In this document: positions 19,149 to 29,641 of the stretch, one piece after another
How positions within the stretch are numbered: the first letter of the stretch is position 1
How the letters are laid out: each line of letters starts with the position of its first letter
Assembly (NCBI GenBank): GCA_963677435.1
Contig: OY781945.1
Coordinates: 1,824,001 to 1,888,000, forward strand
Source: an uncultured Aliarcobacter sp.
GTDB lineage: Bacteria > Campylobacterota > Campylobacteria > Campylobacterales > Arcobacteraceae
DNA: 64,000 nucleotides
Direction: 5' to 3'
Position numbers and translations under genes: made by a program
The notes under the pieces: generated by a model
The model's input: only the letters and a program-made list of their open reading frames with translations
Databases searched by the model: none
What the model was told of the DNA's origin: nothing

Positions 19149-22100
19149 ATGGCGAGAATTGAATATCTATCTGAGTTGGAAATAAAAAAGTTTGAAAAAG
19201 CCCCAGAGTTTGAGAATAATATAGAAAGAAACTATTATTTTACACTACCTAGTTCAATTCATAAACAAGCTCTTACTTTTGGAAACGATCAATCATTTAT
19301 ATTTTTCACATTAATCTTTGGCTATTTCAAAGCAACTAATATGTTTTTTGAATTAAATTCATTTTCATCAATTGATACAAAATTTATTAGTGATAAATAT
19401 CAATTATCTACTTTTGATCCAAAAACAATCTTTGCTTCACGAACTGTACAAAGATATAAACAACTTATAAAAGCTCATTTAGGAGTTAATGAATATAGTA
19501 ATGATATTGAATTAAAACTTCAAAATCATGCTATAGAATTAGCAAATAATTTCACCCATAGAAAGAAAATATTCTTTTCATTAGTAGATTATTCAAAAAA
19601 ATTAAATATTGAAATTCCAAGTCAGTTTACTTTATCAAAGATTATAGGAACTGCTCTTACTTTTCAAACTAAGCATATTTTATTATTGTTAAGAACTTAT
19701 CAAAAGGATAAAAGATTAAAAATTCTTGATGAGTTTGTAAATAAAGATGAGAATTTTAAAAATAGATATTATCTTTCAAATTATAGAAAACTTGGACATT
19801 CAACAAATAAAAGAGAGATGAATATTTCTCTTTTTTATCTTAAAAACATGAAATCAAAGTTTCATATTTTAAAACCTATTATTGATGAAATTGGTATAAC
19901 TTCAAAAATTTCCCAATACTATGCAAGATGGCTTGAACAAAGTAAAATCACACAATTAACACAAAAAGATTTATTGAATAACCATTTCTTACTTTTATCA
20001 TTTGTTAAATATCAATATTTCATTCGTAATGACAATATAATAGATAGATTTATCTCTATTATTCAAAGCGCTAAAAGTTCAATATTAAGACATCAAAAAG
20101 ATTTATATTTTGAAAATGAACCAAATAAAAAAGCTCTAATCAAATCATTAGAAAATTCAAATCTTTCAATTATAAATAATATGAGCAGCATCTTAAATGA
20201 TGAAACTTTTAATGATACTAATAAGGTAAAAGCAATGCATTCATTAGTTGAAATTGAAAAAATGAATTTAAAAAATATATTAGAACAAAAGTCAATTATT
20301 GAAGCAGAAAATTTAAATAGATTTGATTTTATAGAGACTATTTCTTTATCTTTGCAAGGTAAGCTTTCAGAAATTGCTAAACATATAGAATTTGATGAAA
20401 AATCATCAAATAAGAATCTTATTCAAGCCATAAATTATTTTAAAAATAATACTAATATTAATAAAAATGCACCTATAGATTTTTTAGATGAAGATGAACA
20501 AGAGGCTATTGTAGATGGTGATAAAATTAAAATATCTCTTTATAAAGCATTACTGTTTATTCATATAAGCGATGGAATAAAATCAGGAATATTAAATTTG
20601 AAATATTCTTATAAATATAAAAGTTTTGAAAGTTATTTGATTCCTAAAGAGGAATATAAAGAGCAAAAAGACGACCTATTAAAACGGTATGAAATAGAGC
20701 ATTTAAAAGAATTTTCAGATTTTCTTTTACCAATTAGTGAAAAACTTGAACTAAACTTTTCAATGACAAATAGAAAAATTGAGAATGAACTTAATATTCA
20801 TTTTAAAATAACAAATAATTCCTTTTCTCTTACTACCCCAAAATTAGAAAAAAGTGAAGAACAAATAGAGCATACTATTTCTAAATATTTTCCACAAAGT
20901 GAATTTATTTCAGTAATTGACTTGCTTCATTCAGTTCAAATAAAAACTGATTTTTTAGAATCATTTAAACATTATTCAATACAAAATGTAAGAACTCAAA
21001 AATTAGACTCTAATCTTTTATTTGCTTCAATAGTTGGTTATGGTTGTAATATATCTTTATCTAAAATGGCAAAGATTTCAAAGGGAATTAGTGAAAATCA
21101 ATTAGACAATGCAACAACTTGGTATTTAAGTGAAGAAAATACAATAGAATCAAATGATAAGATAGTTGCATTTATTGATTCTCTTGAACTTCCTAAGATT
21201 CTTAAAAATGATTCTAATATTAATCATACTTCAAGTGATGGACAAAAATTTAATATTAAATCTTCAATAGATTCAACTAATGCAGGTTTTTCATTTAAAT
21301 ATTTTGGAACAGCAAAAGGGGTAAGTGTTTATACATTCATTGATGAAAGTCATAAGCTCTTTTATTCTACAGTCATCAATGTTAGTGAAAGAGAAAGTGG
21401 TTATGTTATAGATGGATTAATGCACAATGATGTTGTAAAAAGTGATATACATAGTACTGATACACATGGATTTAGTGAAGTAATATTTGGACTAACACAT
21501 TTATTAGGTTTTTCATTTGCTCCAAGAATAAAAAACTTTAAAGACCAACAACTTTATGGAATAAATTCTCCAAAATATTATCAGGAATTAGGTTATCAAG
21601 TCTTACCAAAAAGAAAGATCAATATAGAAATTATAGAAGAAAATTGGGATGATATTTTAAGATTTATACTTACAATTAAATCAAGAAGAACAACTGCTTC
21701 ACAACTTTTAAAAAGACTTACTTCTTATTCAAAACACCATAAACTTTTTACAGCAATTAAAGAGTTTGGTAAAATTATAAAGACCGATTTTTTACTTACA
21801 TATATTGATGATGTTGGTCTTCGTCAACGAATTGAAAAACAACTAAATAAAGTTGAATCTGCTAATAGATTTTCAAAAGCAGTATTTTTTGGAAATAATG
21901 CAGAATTTATATTTGCTACACAAGAAGAACAAAATATAGCGAATAACTGTAAAAGACTTATACAAAATGCTGTAATACTTTGGAATTATCTTTACATTGA
22001 CAAAAAACTTCAAGAAGCAAAATCACAATCACAGAAAGATGAAATAATAGAAGCTATAAAAAATAGTTCTATAGTTCACTGGAGTCATATTAATTTTTAT

Positions 22101-22196
22101 GGAACATATGATTTTACAAAAATTGATAAAAAAGTAAATGACATGATAAGTTGGGTACTTCTGCATAAAGGTACTAAATGGTGCCAAGTCCTTTAA
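19149..22196 (+). CDS. tnpA: Tn3-family transposase (tnpA1, outer element); last 14 codons derive from the inserted IR
   Basis: 1015 aa; SSDGQK, HSTDTHG, FAPRIK, LNKVE, WSHINFYG motifs. Confidence 0.93.
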   Translation: MARIEYLSELEIKKFEKAPEFENNIERNYYFTLPSSIHKQALTFGNDQSFIFFTLIFGYFKATNMFFELNSFSSIDTKFISDKYQLSTFDPKTIFASRTVQRYKQLIKAHLGVNEYSNDIELKLQNHAIELANNFTHRKKIFFSLVDYSKKLNIEIPSQFTLSKIIGTALTFQTKHILLLLRTYQKDKRLKILDEFVNKDENFKNRYYLSNYRKLGHSTNKREMNISLFYLKNMKSKFHILKPIIDEIGITSKISQYYARWLEQSKITQLTQKDLLNNHFLLLSFVKYQYFIRNDNIIDRFISIIQSAKSSILRHQKDLYFENEPNKKALIKSLENSNLSIINNMSSILNDETFNDTNKVKAMHSLVEIEKMNLKNILEQKSIIEAENLNRFDFIETISLSLQGKLSEIAKHIEFDEKSSNKNLIQAINYFKNNTNINKNAPIDFLDEDEQEAIVDGDKIKISLYKALLFIHISDGIKSGILNLKYSYKYKSFESYLIPKEEYKEQKDDLLKRYEIEHLKEFSDFLLPISEKLELNFSMTNRKIENELNIHFKITNNSFSLTTPKLEKSEEQIEHTISKYFPQSEFISVIDLLHSVQIKTDFLESFKHYSIQNVRTQKLDSNLLFASIVGYGCNISLSKMAKISKGISENQLDNATTWYLSEENTIESNDKIVAFIDSLELPKILKNDSNINHTSSDGQKFNIKSSIDSTNAGFSFKYFGTAKGVSVYTFIDESHKLFYSTVINVSERESGYVIDGLMHNDVVKSDIHSTDTHGFSEVIFGLTHLLGFSFAPRIKNFKDQQLYGINSPKYYQELGYQVLPKRKINIEIIEENWDDILRFILTIKSRRTTASQLLKRLTSYSKHHKLFTAIKEFGKIIKTDFLLTYIDDVGLRQRIEKQLNKVESANRFSKAVFFGNNAEFIFATQEEQNIANNCKRLIQNAVILWNYLYIDKKLQEAKSQSQKDEIIEAIKNSSIVHWSHINFYGTYDFTKIDKKVNDMISWVLLHKGTKWCQVL
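22153..22187 (+). repeat. Left terminal inverted repeat of inner transposon
   Basis: GGGTACTTCTGCATAAAGGTACTAAATGGTGCCAA. Confidence 0.95.
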
Positions 22197-22368
22197 ACAA
22201 AGCTTAAAGTTTTTAGGATTTTATATTTTAATATATTTAATTTTATAAAGAAAGTAGGGAATATCTGTTAAATATAGTTTAAATTTGAATAGAAATAAAA
22301 ATCTTTATATGTGCACGAATATCCTTTTATTTATTTTTGAATAATTTAATTATAGTATTAATAAATAC

Positions 22369-22384
22369 ATCAAGACATCTTGAT
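22369..22384. promoter_or_regulatory. Putative ArsR operator 1
   Basis: ATCAAGA-CA-TCTTGAT upstream of arsR. Confidence 0.75.
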
Positions 22385-22435
22385 ATATTTATTTAGTTAT
22401 GCTATTATTTCTTAACAAAAGAGTTAGAGGTAATC

Positions 22436-22744
22436 ATGGATATTTTTTTAAAAACAGTTTCAGCATTAAACGATGAAACAAGAGTTAGGATAATCAAATT
22501 CTTAAATACTCATAGTGAATGTTGCGTTTGTGATTTAGAAACTTCTTTTGATATGATTCAATCAAGATTATCAAGACATTTAAAAATTCTGAAAGAAGCA
22601 GGATTTTTAAAAGTAGAAAGAACTGGAAGATGGGCTTATTATTCAATAAGAACTCCACTTGATGAATTTAGACAAGGTGCTATAAAAGAAATTATGACAC
22701 TTGACATAGATTTACCAGAATTAAAAAAGTCTTGTCAGAGTTGA
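22436..22744 (+). CDS. arsR: ArsR-family repressor
   Basis: ECCVCDL As(III) motif, QSRLSRHLKIL. Confidence 0.92.
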   Translation: MDIFLKTVSALNDETRVRIIKFLNTHSECCVCDLETSFDMIQSRLSRHLKILKEAGFLKVERTGRWAYYSIRTPLDEFRQGAIKEIMTLDIDLPELKKSCQS

Positions 22745-22763
22745 TTTTTTTAAACTAAATTAT

Positions 22764-22779
22764 ATCAATAAATCTTGAT
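22764..22779. promoter_or_regulatory. Putative ArsR operator 2
   Basis: ATCAATAAATCTTGAT upstream of arsB, near TATAAT. Confidence 0.7.
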
Positions 22780-22803
22780 ATATGTATATAATAAAGGATA
22801 AGA

Positions 22804-24057
22804 ATGTTAATTGCTAGTGCAATATTTTTAATTACACTTATATTTGTAATATGGCAGCCAAAAGGCTTACAAATAGGAACTACAGCAGTTATTGGAGCAA
22901 TAGTTGCTTTAGTTTTAGGTGTAGTAAGTTTAGATGATGTATTGGTAGTAACTAATATAGTATGGGATGCTACTTTAGCTTTTATCGGAATAATCATTTT
23001 ATCAATGGTGCTTGATGAAATTGGATTTTTTGAATGGTGTGCTATAAAAATGGCAAAACTTTCAAAGGGTAATGGACATTTGATGTTTGTTTATGCATTA
23101 ATTCTTGGAAGTTTTGTATCAGCTTTATTTGCAAATGATGGAGCAGCTTTAATTTTAACGCCAATTTTATTAGCAAAAATGAGAATATTAAAACTTGATG
23201 CAAAAACAATTTTGGCTTTTTTACTTGCAGGTGGATTTATAAGTGATAGTGCATCTTTACCTTTTGTATTCTCAAATTTAACAAATATAGTAACTGCTAA
23301 CTATTTTAATATTGGATTCTTGGAATATTTATCAAATATGATTATTCCTTATGTTGTAAGTACAATTGTTTCTATTATTGTTTTATGGTTAATTTTAAGA
23401 AATGATATTCCAAAATATGTTGATATATCTCTATTAAAGAATCCAGATGATGTCTTAAAAAGTAAAGCTTTATTCAAATTTTCTTGGATATTTTTAGCTC
23501 TTCTATTAGCTGGATATTTTATAGGCGATAATTATCATTTACCAGTTTCAGTATTTGCTTTAGGTGGAGGATTAATATTCTTAATTATTGCAAGTGTTTC
23601 AAAAAATGCAAATGCAAAAGAGATTATTAAAACAGCTCCTTGGCAAGTTGTTTGGTTTAGTATAGGTCTTTATATAGTTGTATATGGTTTAAAAAATGCT
23701 GGACTTACAGACTACTTAACAATAATTTTAAAAGATTTAGCTTCAAGAGGTGATGCAATTGCAATTATTGGTACAGGATTTATTGCAGCTTTCTTAAGTG
23801 CAATAATGAATAATATGCCAACAATTATGGTGATGGATATAGCTTTACAAGATATACCAAATCAAGCTTTAGCTTATGCAAATATTATTGGATGTAATCT
23901 TGGACCAAAAATGACACCATTTGGTAGTTTAGCTACTTTATTATGGCTTCATGTTTTATCACAAAAAGGTGTAAAAATAGGTTTCTGGCAATACAGTAAA
24001 TTTGGTTTAATTGTAACACCTCCTGTATTATTTATAGTATTACTTACACTAATATAA
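22804..24057 (+). CDS. arsB: Arsenite efflux pump ArsB
   Basis: IWQPKGL, LFANDGAALILTP, MNNMPT, LGPKMTPFGSLATLLW. Confidence 0.95.
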   Translation: MLIASAIFLITLIFVIWQPKGLQIGTTAVIGAIVALVLGVVSLDDVLVVTNIVWDATLAFIGIIILSMVLDEIGFFEWCAIKMAKLSKGNGHLMFVYALILGSFVSALFANDGAALILTPILLAKMRILKLDAKTILAFLLAGGFISDSASLPFVFSNLTNIVTANYFNIGFLEYLSNMIIPYVVSTIVSIIVLWLILRNDIPKYVDISLLKNPDDVLKSKALFKFSWIFLALLLAGYFIGDNYHLPVSVFALGGGLIFLIIASVSKNANAKEIIKTAPWQVVWFSIGLYIVVYGLKNAGLTDYLTIILKDLASRGDAIAIIGTGFIAAFLSAIMNNMPTIMVMDIALQDIPNQALAYANIIGCNLGPKMTPFGSLATLLWLHVLSQKGVKIGFWQYSKFGLIVTPPVLFIVLLTLI

Positions 24058-24068
24058 AAAGGATATTT

Positions 24069-24542
24069 ATGTCTAAAAAAGTTTTATTTGTTTGTATTCA
24101 TAATAGTGCTAGAAGTCAAATAGAAGAAGCATTATTAAAAAAATATGGTGAAGATTTATTTGAAGTTGAAAGTGCAGGTTTTGAACCATCATCTATTAAT
24201 CCATTAGTAATAGAAATATTACTAAGAGAAGAGAATATTGATATTTCAAATAATACTTCTGATGCAGTATTTGATTTATTTAAACAGGGTAAAAATTTTA
24301 ATTTTGTTATTGCTGTGTGTGATGAAGGAAATGCTCAAAGATGTCCAATATTTCCAGGACTTAATTATAGATTACATTAGAGTTTTCCAGATCCTAGTTT
24401 AGTTCGAGGAGATAAAATAGAAAAGTATCATAAAGTAAAAGATATATATCACTTAATAAAAGAAGAGGTTCTTAAATTTATAGAACTTGTAAAAGAAGAA
24501 AAGCTAAAAGATAATTTTCCAAATAATTGGAGAGTTGGTTGA
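24069..24542 (+). pseudogene. arsC: LMW-PTP-type arsenate reductase with premature stop
   Basis: CIHNSARS..CPIFPG..RLH-TAG-SFPDP; frame continues to TGA at 24540-24542; TAG at the conserved Trp codon. Confidence 0.85.
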
Positions 24543-24571
24543 AAAATTTAATTTAATAAAAAGGATAAAAA

Positions 24572-24973
24572 ATGAGTAAAAAAGTTTTAATTTTATGTAC
24601 AGGAAATTCTTGTAGAAGTATTATTGCAGAAGCTTTAATAAACGCTAAATTAGAAGGAATTAGTGCAGATTCAAGTGGTGTGAAAGCAAGTGGAAGAGTA
24701 AATCCAAATGCTAAAAAGCTTTTGGAAGACAAAGGAATTTGGAAAGAAGAGTACCATTCAAAAACAATTGATACAGTAATTGATAATGCTTATGATTTAA
24801 TAGTAACTGTTTGTGACCATGCAAATGAAACTTGTCCAATGTTTCCAAAAGCTGTTAAAGTTATTCATGTAGGATTTGAAGATCCAGATGGAAAAGGTTT
24901 TGAAGCTTTTGAAGCTACATATAAAGAAATAGAAGAAGTTTTACTTCCAAAAGTTGTTGAAGCTTTAAAATAA
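24572..24973 (+). CDS. arsC: Thioredoxin-coupled arsenate reductase
   Basis: CTGNSCRS, VCDHANETCP, FEDP. Confidence 0.93.
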   Translation: MSKKVLILCTGNSCRSIIAEALINAKLEGISADSSGVKASGRVNPNAKKLLEDKGIWKEEYHSKTIDTVIDNAYDLIVTVCDHANETCPMFPKAVKVIHVGFEDPDGKGFEAFEATYKEIEEVLLPKVVEALK

Positions 24974-24974
24974 T

Positions 24975-25001
24975 TTTATAAGAGGGGTTACCTCTTATAA
25001 A
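24975..25001 (+). terminator. Hairpin/terminator between arsC and arsD
   Basis: TTTATAAGAGG-GGTTA-CCTCTTATAAA followed by T run. Confidence 0.6.
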
Positions 25002-25061
25002 TTTTTATTATATATGTTTTAAAATGTAAGATATTTATAATAAAAATTAAAAGGAAAGAGT

Positions 25062-25385
25062 ATGAAAACTTTAAAAATATATGACCCTGCAATGTGCTGT
25101 CCAACAGGAGTTTGTGGAACAAGTGTAGATACAAAATTAGTACAATTATCAAATTTCTTAAACTCTTTAGATAAAACTATATTTGAAGTAAAAAGATTTG
25201 GATTAAGTACAAATCCACAAGAGTATGTATTAAATAGTGAAGTAACAAGACTTTTAAATGAAGAAGGTGTTGAGTGTTTACCTTTGATTTTTTTAGATGA
25301 TGAATTGTTATTTAAAAAAGATTATCCAAGTGTTCCACAACTTAGTTCTAAAATGGGCTTAGGCTCTTTTGTAGCAAAGTTTTAA
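25062..25385 (+). CDS. arsD: Arsenite metallochaperone ArsD
   Basis: YDPAMCCPTGVCG. Confidence 0.95.
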   Translation: MKTLKIYDPAMCCPTGVCGTSVDTKLVQLSNFLNSLDKTIFEVKRFGLSTNPQEYVLNSEVTRLLNEEGVECLPLIFLDDELLFKKDYPSVPQLSSKMGLGSFVAKF

Positions 25386-25386
25386 T

Positions 25387-27117
25387 ATGAAAAATTTAAT
25401 AAAAAAAATTCCACAATTTCTTTTTTTCACAGGAAAAGGAGGAGTTGGAAAAACTTCTATGTCATGTGCGATTAGCATGGCTTTAGCAAAAGAGGGTAAA
25501 AAAGTACTTCTTATTTCAACAGATCCAGCTTCAAATTTAGATGAAGTATTAGATACAAAACTAAATTCAACTCCAACAATAGTAAATGGTGTAAAAAATC
25601 TTGAAGCGATGAATATAAATCCAGTTGTTGCAGCTTATGAATATAAAGAAAAGATGGTAGCTCCTTTTAGAGGAATTTTGCCACAAACTGCAATTGAGCA
25701 AATGGAAGAACAATTAAGTGGTGCTTGTACAGTTGAAATTGCGGGATTTAATGAGTTTTCAAAATATGTGGGTGATATTGATATTTCAAAGAATTATGAC
25801 CATATTATACTTGATACTGCTCCAACAGGACATACTTTAAGACTTTTAAAACTTCCAAGTGCTTGGAATAGTTTTATAGAAGAAAATAGCACTGGAAGTT
25901 CATGTTTAGGTGCAGTTTCAGGACTTAGTGAAAATAAAAAACTTTATGAAAATGTAGTAGAGAATCTTAAAAATAAAGATAAAACACTTTTAATTTTAGT
26001 TTCACGAGCTGAAGAATTATCTTTAATTGAAGCTTCAAAGGCGTCAATAGAATTAGCAAATCAAGGAATAAAAAATCAACACTTAATTATAAATGGAGTA
26101 TTTAAAGCAAATGATGAAGATAGTATCGCTAAAAGTTTTGAAGAAAAATCAAATAAAGCTTTAGAGAATGTTGATGAAATCATATCAAAACTTCCAAAAA
26201 CAATTATTGGTTTTTATCCAAATGGTGCAGTTGGACTTGAAGCATTAGAAAACATCATAAACAATACAATTCCTAAAGAGTTTGAAAATGCAACAGAAAT
26301 ATTACAAGACTCTTTAAAAGATATATTAGAAGATACTTATTCTTGGGATAGTTTGATTAATGATTTTGAAAATGATAAAAATGGTCTTATCATGACTATG
26401 GGAAAAGGTGGTGTTGGAAAAACTACAATAGCTTCAAATATTGCTTTAGAATTAGCAAAAAGAGGTCATAAAGTTGTACTTTCAACTACAGACCCAGCTT
26501 CACATTTAGAGTATGTTTCAAAAACAAATAAAAATTTAACTATTGAGAGAATTGACCCAAAAATAGAAACACAAAAGCATATAGATGAAGTAGTGGCTTT
26601 AAATGAAGGAAAAATATCTCCTGAAGATATGGCTCTTTTAAAAGAGGAATTAAGTACACCATGTATTGAAGAAATAGCTGTATTTAAAGCCTTTGCTAAA
26701 ACTGTATCGAAAGCAAAAGATAGTTTTGTAGTACTTGATACTGCTCCAACGGGACATACTTTACTTTTACTTGATGCTTCACAAGCCTATTATAAAGAAG
26801 TATTAAAAAATAAAAATGATGCTTTAGAAGAGGAGTTAATTGAACTTTTACCAAGAATAAAAGATGCGAAATATACTAAAATTTTACTTGTAACTCTTCC
26901 TGAAGCTACACCAACACACGAAGCAAAAGATTTACAAGAGGATTTAAAAAGAGCAGGAATAAAACCTTATGCTTGGATAATTAATAGAAGTTTTGCATTA
27001 ACAAATAGTTCAAATAATCTACTTTGTCAAAAAGCGTTGAATGAAATAAAATATATTAAAGAGATAAAAGAGAATTTAAGTTCAAAAACTTTACTTGAGC
27101 CTTGGGTGAAAGATTAA
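25387..27117 (+). CDS. arsA: Arsenical pump-driving ATPase ArsA
   Basis: Two GKGGVGKT and two DTAPTGH motifs; SGACT, SCLG. Confidence 0.96.
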   Translation: MKNLIKKIPQFLFFTGKGGVGKTSMSCAISMALAKEGKKVLLISTDPASNLDEVLDTKLNSTPTIVNGVKNLEAMNINPVVAAYEYKEKMVAPFRGILPQTAIEQMEEQLSGACTVEIAGFNEFSKYVGDIDISKNYDHIILDTAPTGHTLRLLKLPSAWNSFIEENSTGSSCLGAVSGLSENKKLYENVVENLKNKDKTLLILVSRAEELSLIEASKASIELANQGIKNQHLIINGVFKANDEDSIAKSFEEKSNKALENVDEIISKLPKTIIGFYPNGAVGLEALENIINNTIPKEFENATEILQDSLKDILEDTYSWDSLINDFENDKNGLIMTMGKGGVGKTTIASNIALELAKRGHKVVLSTTDPASHLEYVSKTNKNLTIERIDPKIETQKHIDEVVALNEGKISPEDMALLKEELSTPCIEEIAVFKAFAKTVSKAKDSFVVLDTAPTGHTLLLLDASQAYYKEVLKNKNDALEEELIELLPRIKDAKYTKILLVTLPEATPTHEAKDLQEDLKRAGIKPYAWIINRSFALTNSSNNLLCQKALNEIKYIKEIKENLSSKTLLEPWVKD

Positions 27118-27149
27118 ATATATTAATAAAAGTCCTAAATCTAGGACTT

Positions 27150-27605
27150 TTATCTTACTTTATTAGAAAGCTCTTTTAAAAAATTTATTTGAAAATCTTT
27201 TTTGATTGCATTTGGCTGATTAACTTCGATTTGATTCATAGCATCTTCGTAAGATGTACCTTTTGCTATTAAATAACTAGCTATTAAAGTCCCCGTTCTC
27301 CCTTTTCCACCTTGACAATGAATAGCAACTGGATTATTCTTTTGATTTTGTTCATCAATAAACCCTACTAATTTTTCTACTTGTTCAAATGTAGGTGCTT
27401 CATTATCAGCAACTGGAAGCCATAAGCTTTCAAAACCATTTGTATTATAAGTTTCTATATTACTATCATCTTCAAGTAAACAAACAATTGATTTAACTCC
27501 TTTATCAGAAAGATTTTTTAGATCTTTTTCTTCAGGAGCAGGCATACCATATAATTTATTAGGTAATACATTCCAAAGTTTTGAGATATGTGAATTATTA
27601 TCCAT
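27150..27605 (-). CDS. Dual-specificity / protein-tyrosine phosphatase-fold protein
   Basis: HCQGGKGRTG (CX5R). Confidence 0.85.
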   Translation of the reverse strand: MDNNSHISKLWNVLPNKLYGMPAPEEKDLKNLSDKGVKSIVCLLEDDSNIETYNTNGFESLWLPVADNEAPTFEQVEKLVGFIDEQNQKNNPVAIHCQGGKGRTGTLIASYLIAKGTSYEDAMNQIEVNQPNAIKKDFQINFLKELSNKVR

Positions 27606-27655
27606 TTTTTTCCTTTGTTAAAATTTATAGAATAATAGCAAAATTAAATTAATAT

Positions 27656-27671
27656 ATCAATATATCTTGAT
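27656..27671. promoter_or_regulatory. Putative ArsR operator 3, between divergent phosphatase and arsP
   Basis: ATCAATATATCTTGAT; extended -10 TGCTATACT downstream. Confidence 0.7.
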
Positions 27672-27723
27672 ATTTTGTTTTTCTTGTGCTATACTTTTAA
27701 ATAATTTGATTTAGGAGGTTAAT

Positions 27724-28686
27724 ATGTTTGACTGGTGGGAAAAAATTGTTGATAAATTAGTTTATGAAACTTGGGGAATGAATAGTGATAGTGCTGTTGG
27801 AAGTGCATTACATTTTTTTATATATGACACTATTAAAATTTTTATTCTTTTAATTGCTATTATTTTTTTAGTTAGTTTTTTAAGAACATATTTTAATACA
27901 GAAAAAGTAAGAGTTTATCTTCAGGGAAAAAGTGAATTTACTGGAAATATATTAGCTGCTTTATTTGGTATTATTACTCCATTTTGTTCATGTTCTGCAA
28001 TTCCGCTTTTTTTAGGATTTATGCAAGCAAGAATTCCAGTTGGAATTACTTTTAGTTTCCTTATTTCTGCACCTCTTAATAATGAAATAGCAATTGCTAT
28101 GTTATTTGGACTTTTTGGATGGGAAATTGCTGCTATTTACATTGGATTTGGTTTAGTTGTTGCTATTTTAGGAGGATATTTTATAGGAAAAATTCCAAAT
28201 ATTGAGAAATATATTCTAATTCCAGTTACTCCAATTGAGGGTGAATTACAAAATGTACAAATTAAATCATTCTTAAAACAAAGAGCTAAAGATGCTTGGG
28301 AATATACAATTGATATATTTAAAAAGATTTATTTGTATGTAATTATTGGTGTTGGAATAGGGGCATTTATTCATGGATATGTTCCTACTGAGTTTATAAC
28401 TAAATATGCGGGTGGTGATGTTTGGTATGCTGTACCAATGGCAGTTTTAATGGGAATTCCAATGTATTCAAATGCAGCTGGAGTTATGCCATTAATTGAA
28501 GTGCTTACAGCAAAAGGAATTTTATTAGGAACAGCATTAAGTTTTATGATGGCAGTAACAGCTCTTAGTCTTCCTGAAGCTATGATTTTAAAAAGAATTC
28601 TACATATTAAATTAATTGGAATCTTTTTTGGAATAGTAGGATTTGGTATACTTTTAGTTGGATATGTATTTAATGCAATTTTATAA
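27724..28686 (+). CDS. arsP: ArsP-family (DUF318) permease
   Basis: TPFCSCSAIP, GIPMYSNAAG, ALSLPE. Confidence 0.88.
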   Translation: MFDWWEKIVDKLVYETWGMNSDSAVGSALHFFIYDTIKIFILLIAIIFLVSFLRTYFNTEKVRVYLQGKSEFTGNILAALFGIITPFCSCSAIPLFLGFMQARIPVGITFSFLISAPLNNEIAIAMLFGLFGWEIAAIYIGFGLVVAILGGYFIGKIPNIEKYILIPVTPIEGELQNVQIKSFLKQRAKDAWEYTIDIFKKIYLYVIIGVGIGAFIHGYVPTEFITKYAGGDVWYAVPMAVLMGIPMYSNAAGVMPLIEVLTAKGILLGTALSFMMAVTALSLPEAMILKRILHIKLIGIFFGIVGFGILLVGYVFNAIL

Positions 28687-28698
28687 AAAGGAGAGAGT

Positions 28699-29613
28699 AT
28701 GAAAAAAAGTTTATTATTACTTATTGCAAGTATAACTTTATGGGCAAATAATTATGATTTAAGACCCATAAAAATAACTAAAGATGTAAATTGTTTAATA
28801 GGCGATTTAAACTCTCCTACAAAACAAAATAATGGATTTATCTCAAATGTTTGTTATGTAAATATTGGAGATAGTATAGTTTTATTAGATTCAGGAGCTA
28901 CTTATTTATTTGCAAAAGAGTTAAATGATTTGATAAAAAAAGAGTATCCAAACAAAAAAGTTTCCCATGTGGTTTTGACAAATTTCCATGATGATAGAAT
29001 TCAAGGTGCATCATTTTTTAAAGATTTAGGTGCAAAAATTGTTGGATATAAAACTCTAAATGAAGATATAGAAGCAAATATCTCAAAGTTTGATAGAATG
29101 AAAGATTCTTTACCAAAAGAGATAGTAGAGGGAACAAAAGTTATCGAAGCTGATTTATTAGTTGATGATGGTTTTGAAATAAAAGGAAGCTCAAAAACTC
29201 TTAAAATTATAAAACCAAGTATTGTTAGTGAAGAAAAAAGCGATATAGCTGTTTTTAGTCAAGATGATAGTTTTATATTTGCTGGAAATATAGTTTTTAA
29301 TGGAAGATTATTAAACTATACAAAAAATTCAAATATTGATGGCTGGATAGAAGCTTTAGAAAAACTTGCAAGTTTAAATGCAAAATATCTTTTAGGTGGA
29401 CATGGAAAGCAGTATGATAAAGACTCATATAAAACTTCACTTGAATACCTACAAATCTTAAGGGATGATGTAAAAAAAGCTTATGAAGATGGTATTGAAA
29501 GTGATGTTGTTTCAAAACATGTAAATACTCAAAAATTTAATTATTTAGAAAATTTCACTGCTTTGAATCATTCAAATATTCAAAACTTTTTTGCCCAACT
29601 AGAGTGGCAATAA
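28699..29613 (+). CDS. Secreted MBL-fold protein (SoxH-like) with altered metal motif
   Basis: Signal peptide; NNGFISN, LDSG, TNFHDDR, GGHG. Confidence 0.7.
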   Translation: MKKSLLLLIASITLWANNYDLRPIKITKDVNCLIGDLNSPTKQNNGFISNVCYVNIGDSIVLLDSGATYLFAKELNDLIKKEYPNKKVSHVVLTNFHDDRIQGASFFKDLGAKIVGYKTLNEDIEANISKFDRMKDSLPKEIVEGTKVIEADLLVDDGFEIKGSSKTLKIIKPSIVSEEKSDIAVFSQDDSFIFAGNIVFNGRLLNYTKNSNIDGWIEALEKLASLNAKYLLGGHGKQYDKDSYKTSLEYLQILRDDVKKAYEDGIESDVVSKHVNTQKFNYLENFTALNHSNIQNFFAQLEWQ

Positions 29614-29641
29614 AAATTTAATTTAAAAAAAAGGAAAAATT

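Noticed and set aside
24378..24380. TAG as recoded (pyrrolysine/readthrough) codon in arsC
   Set aside because: Position corresponds to a conserved Trp (TGG), one transition away; no recoding machinery visible.
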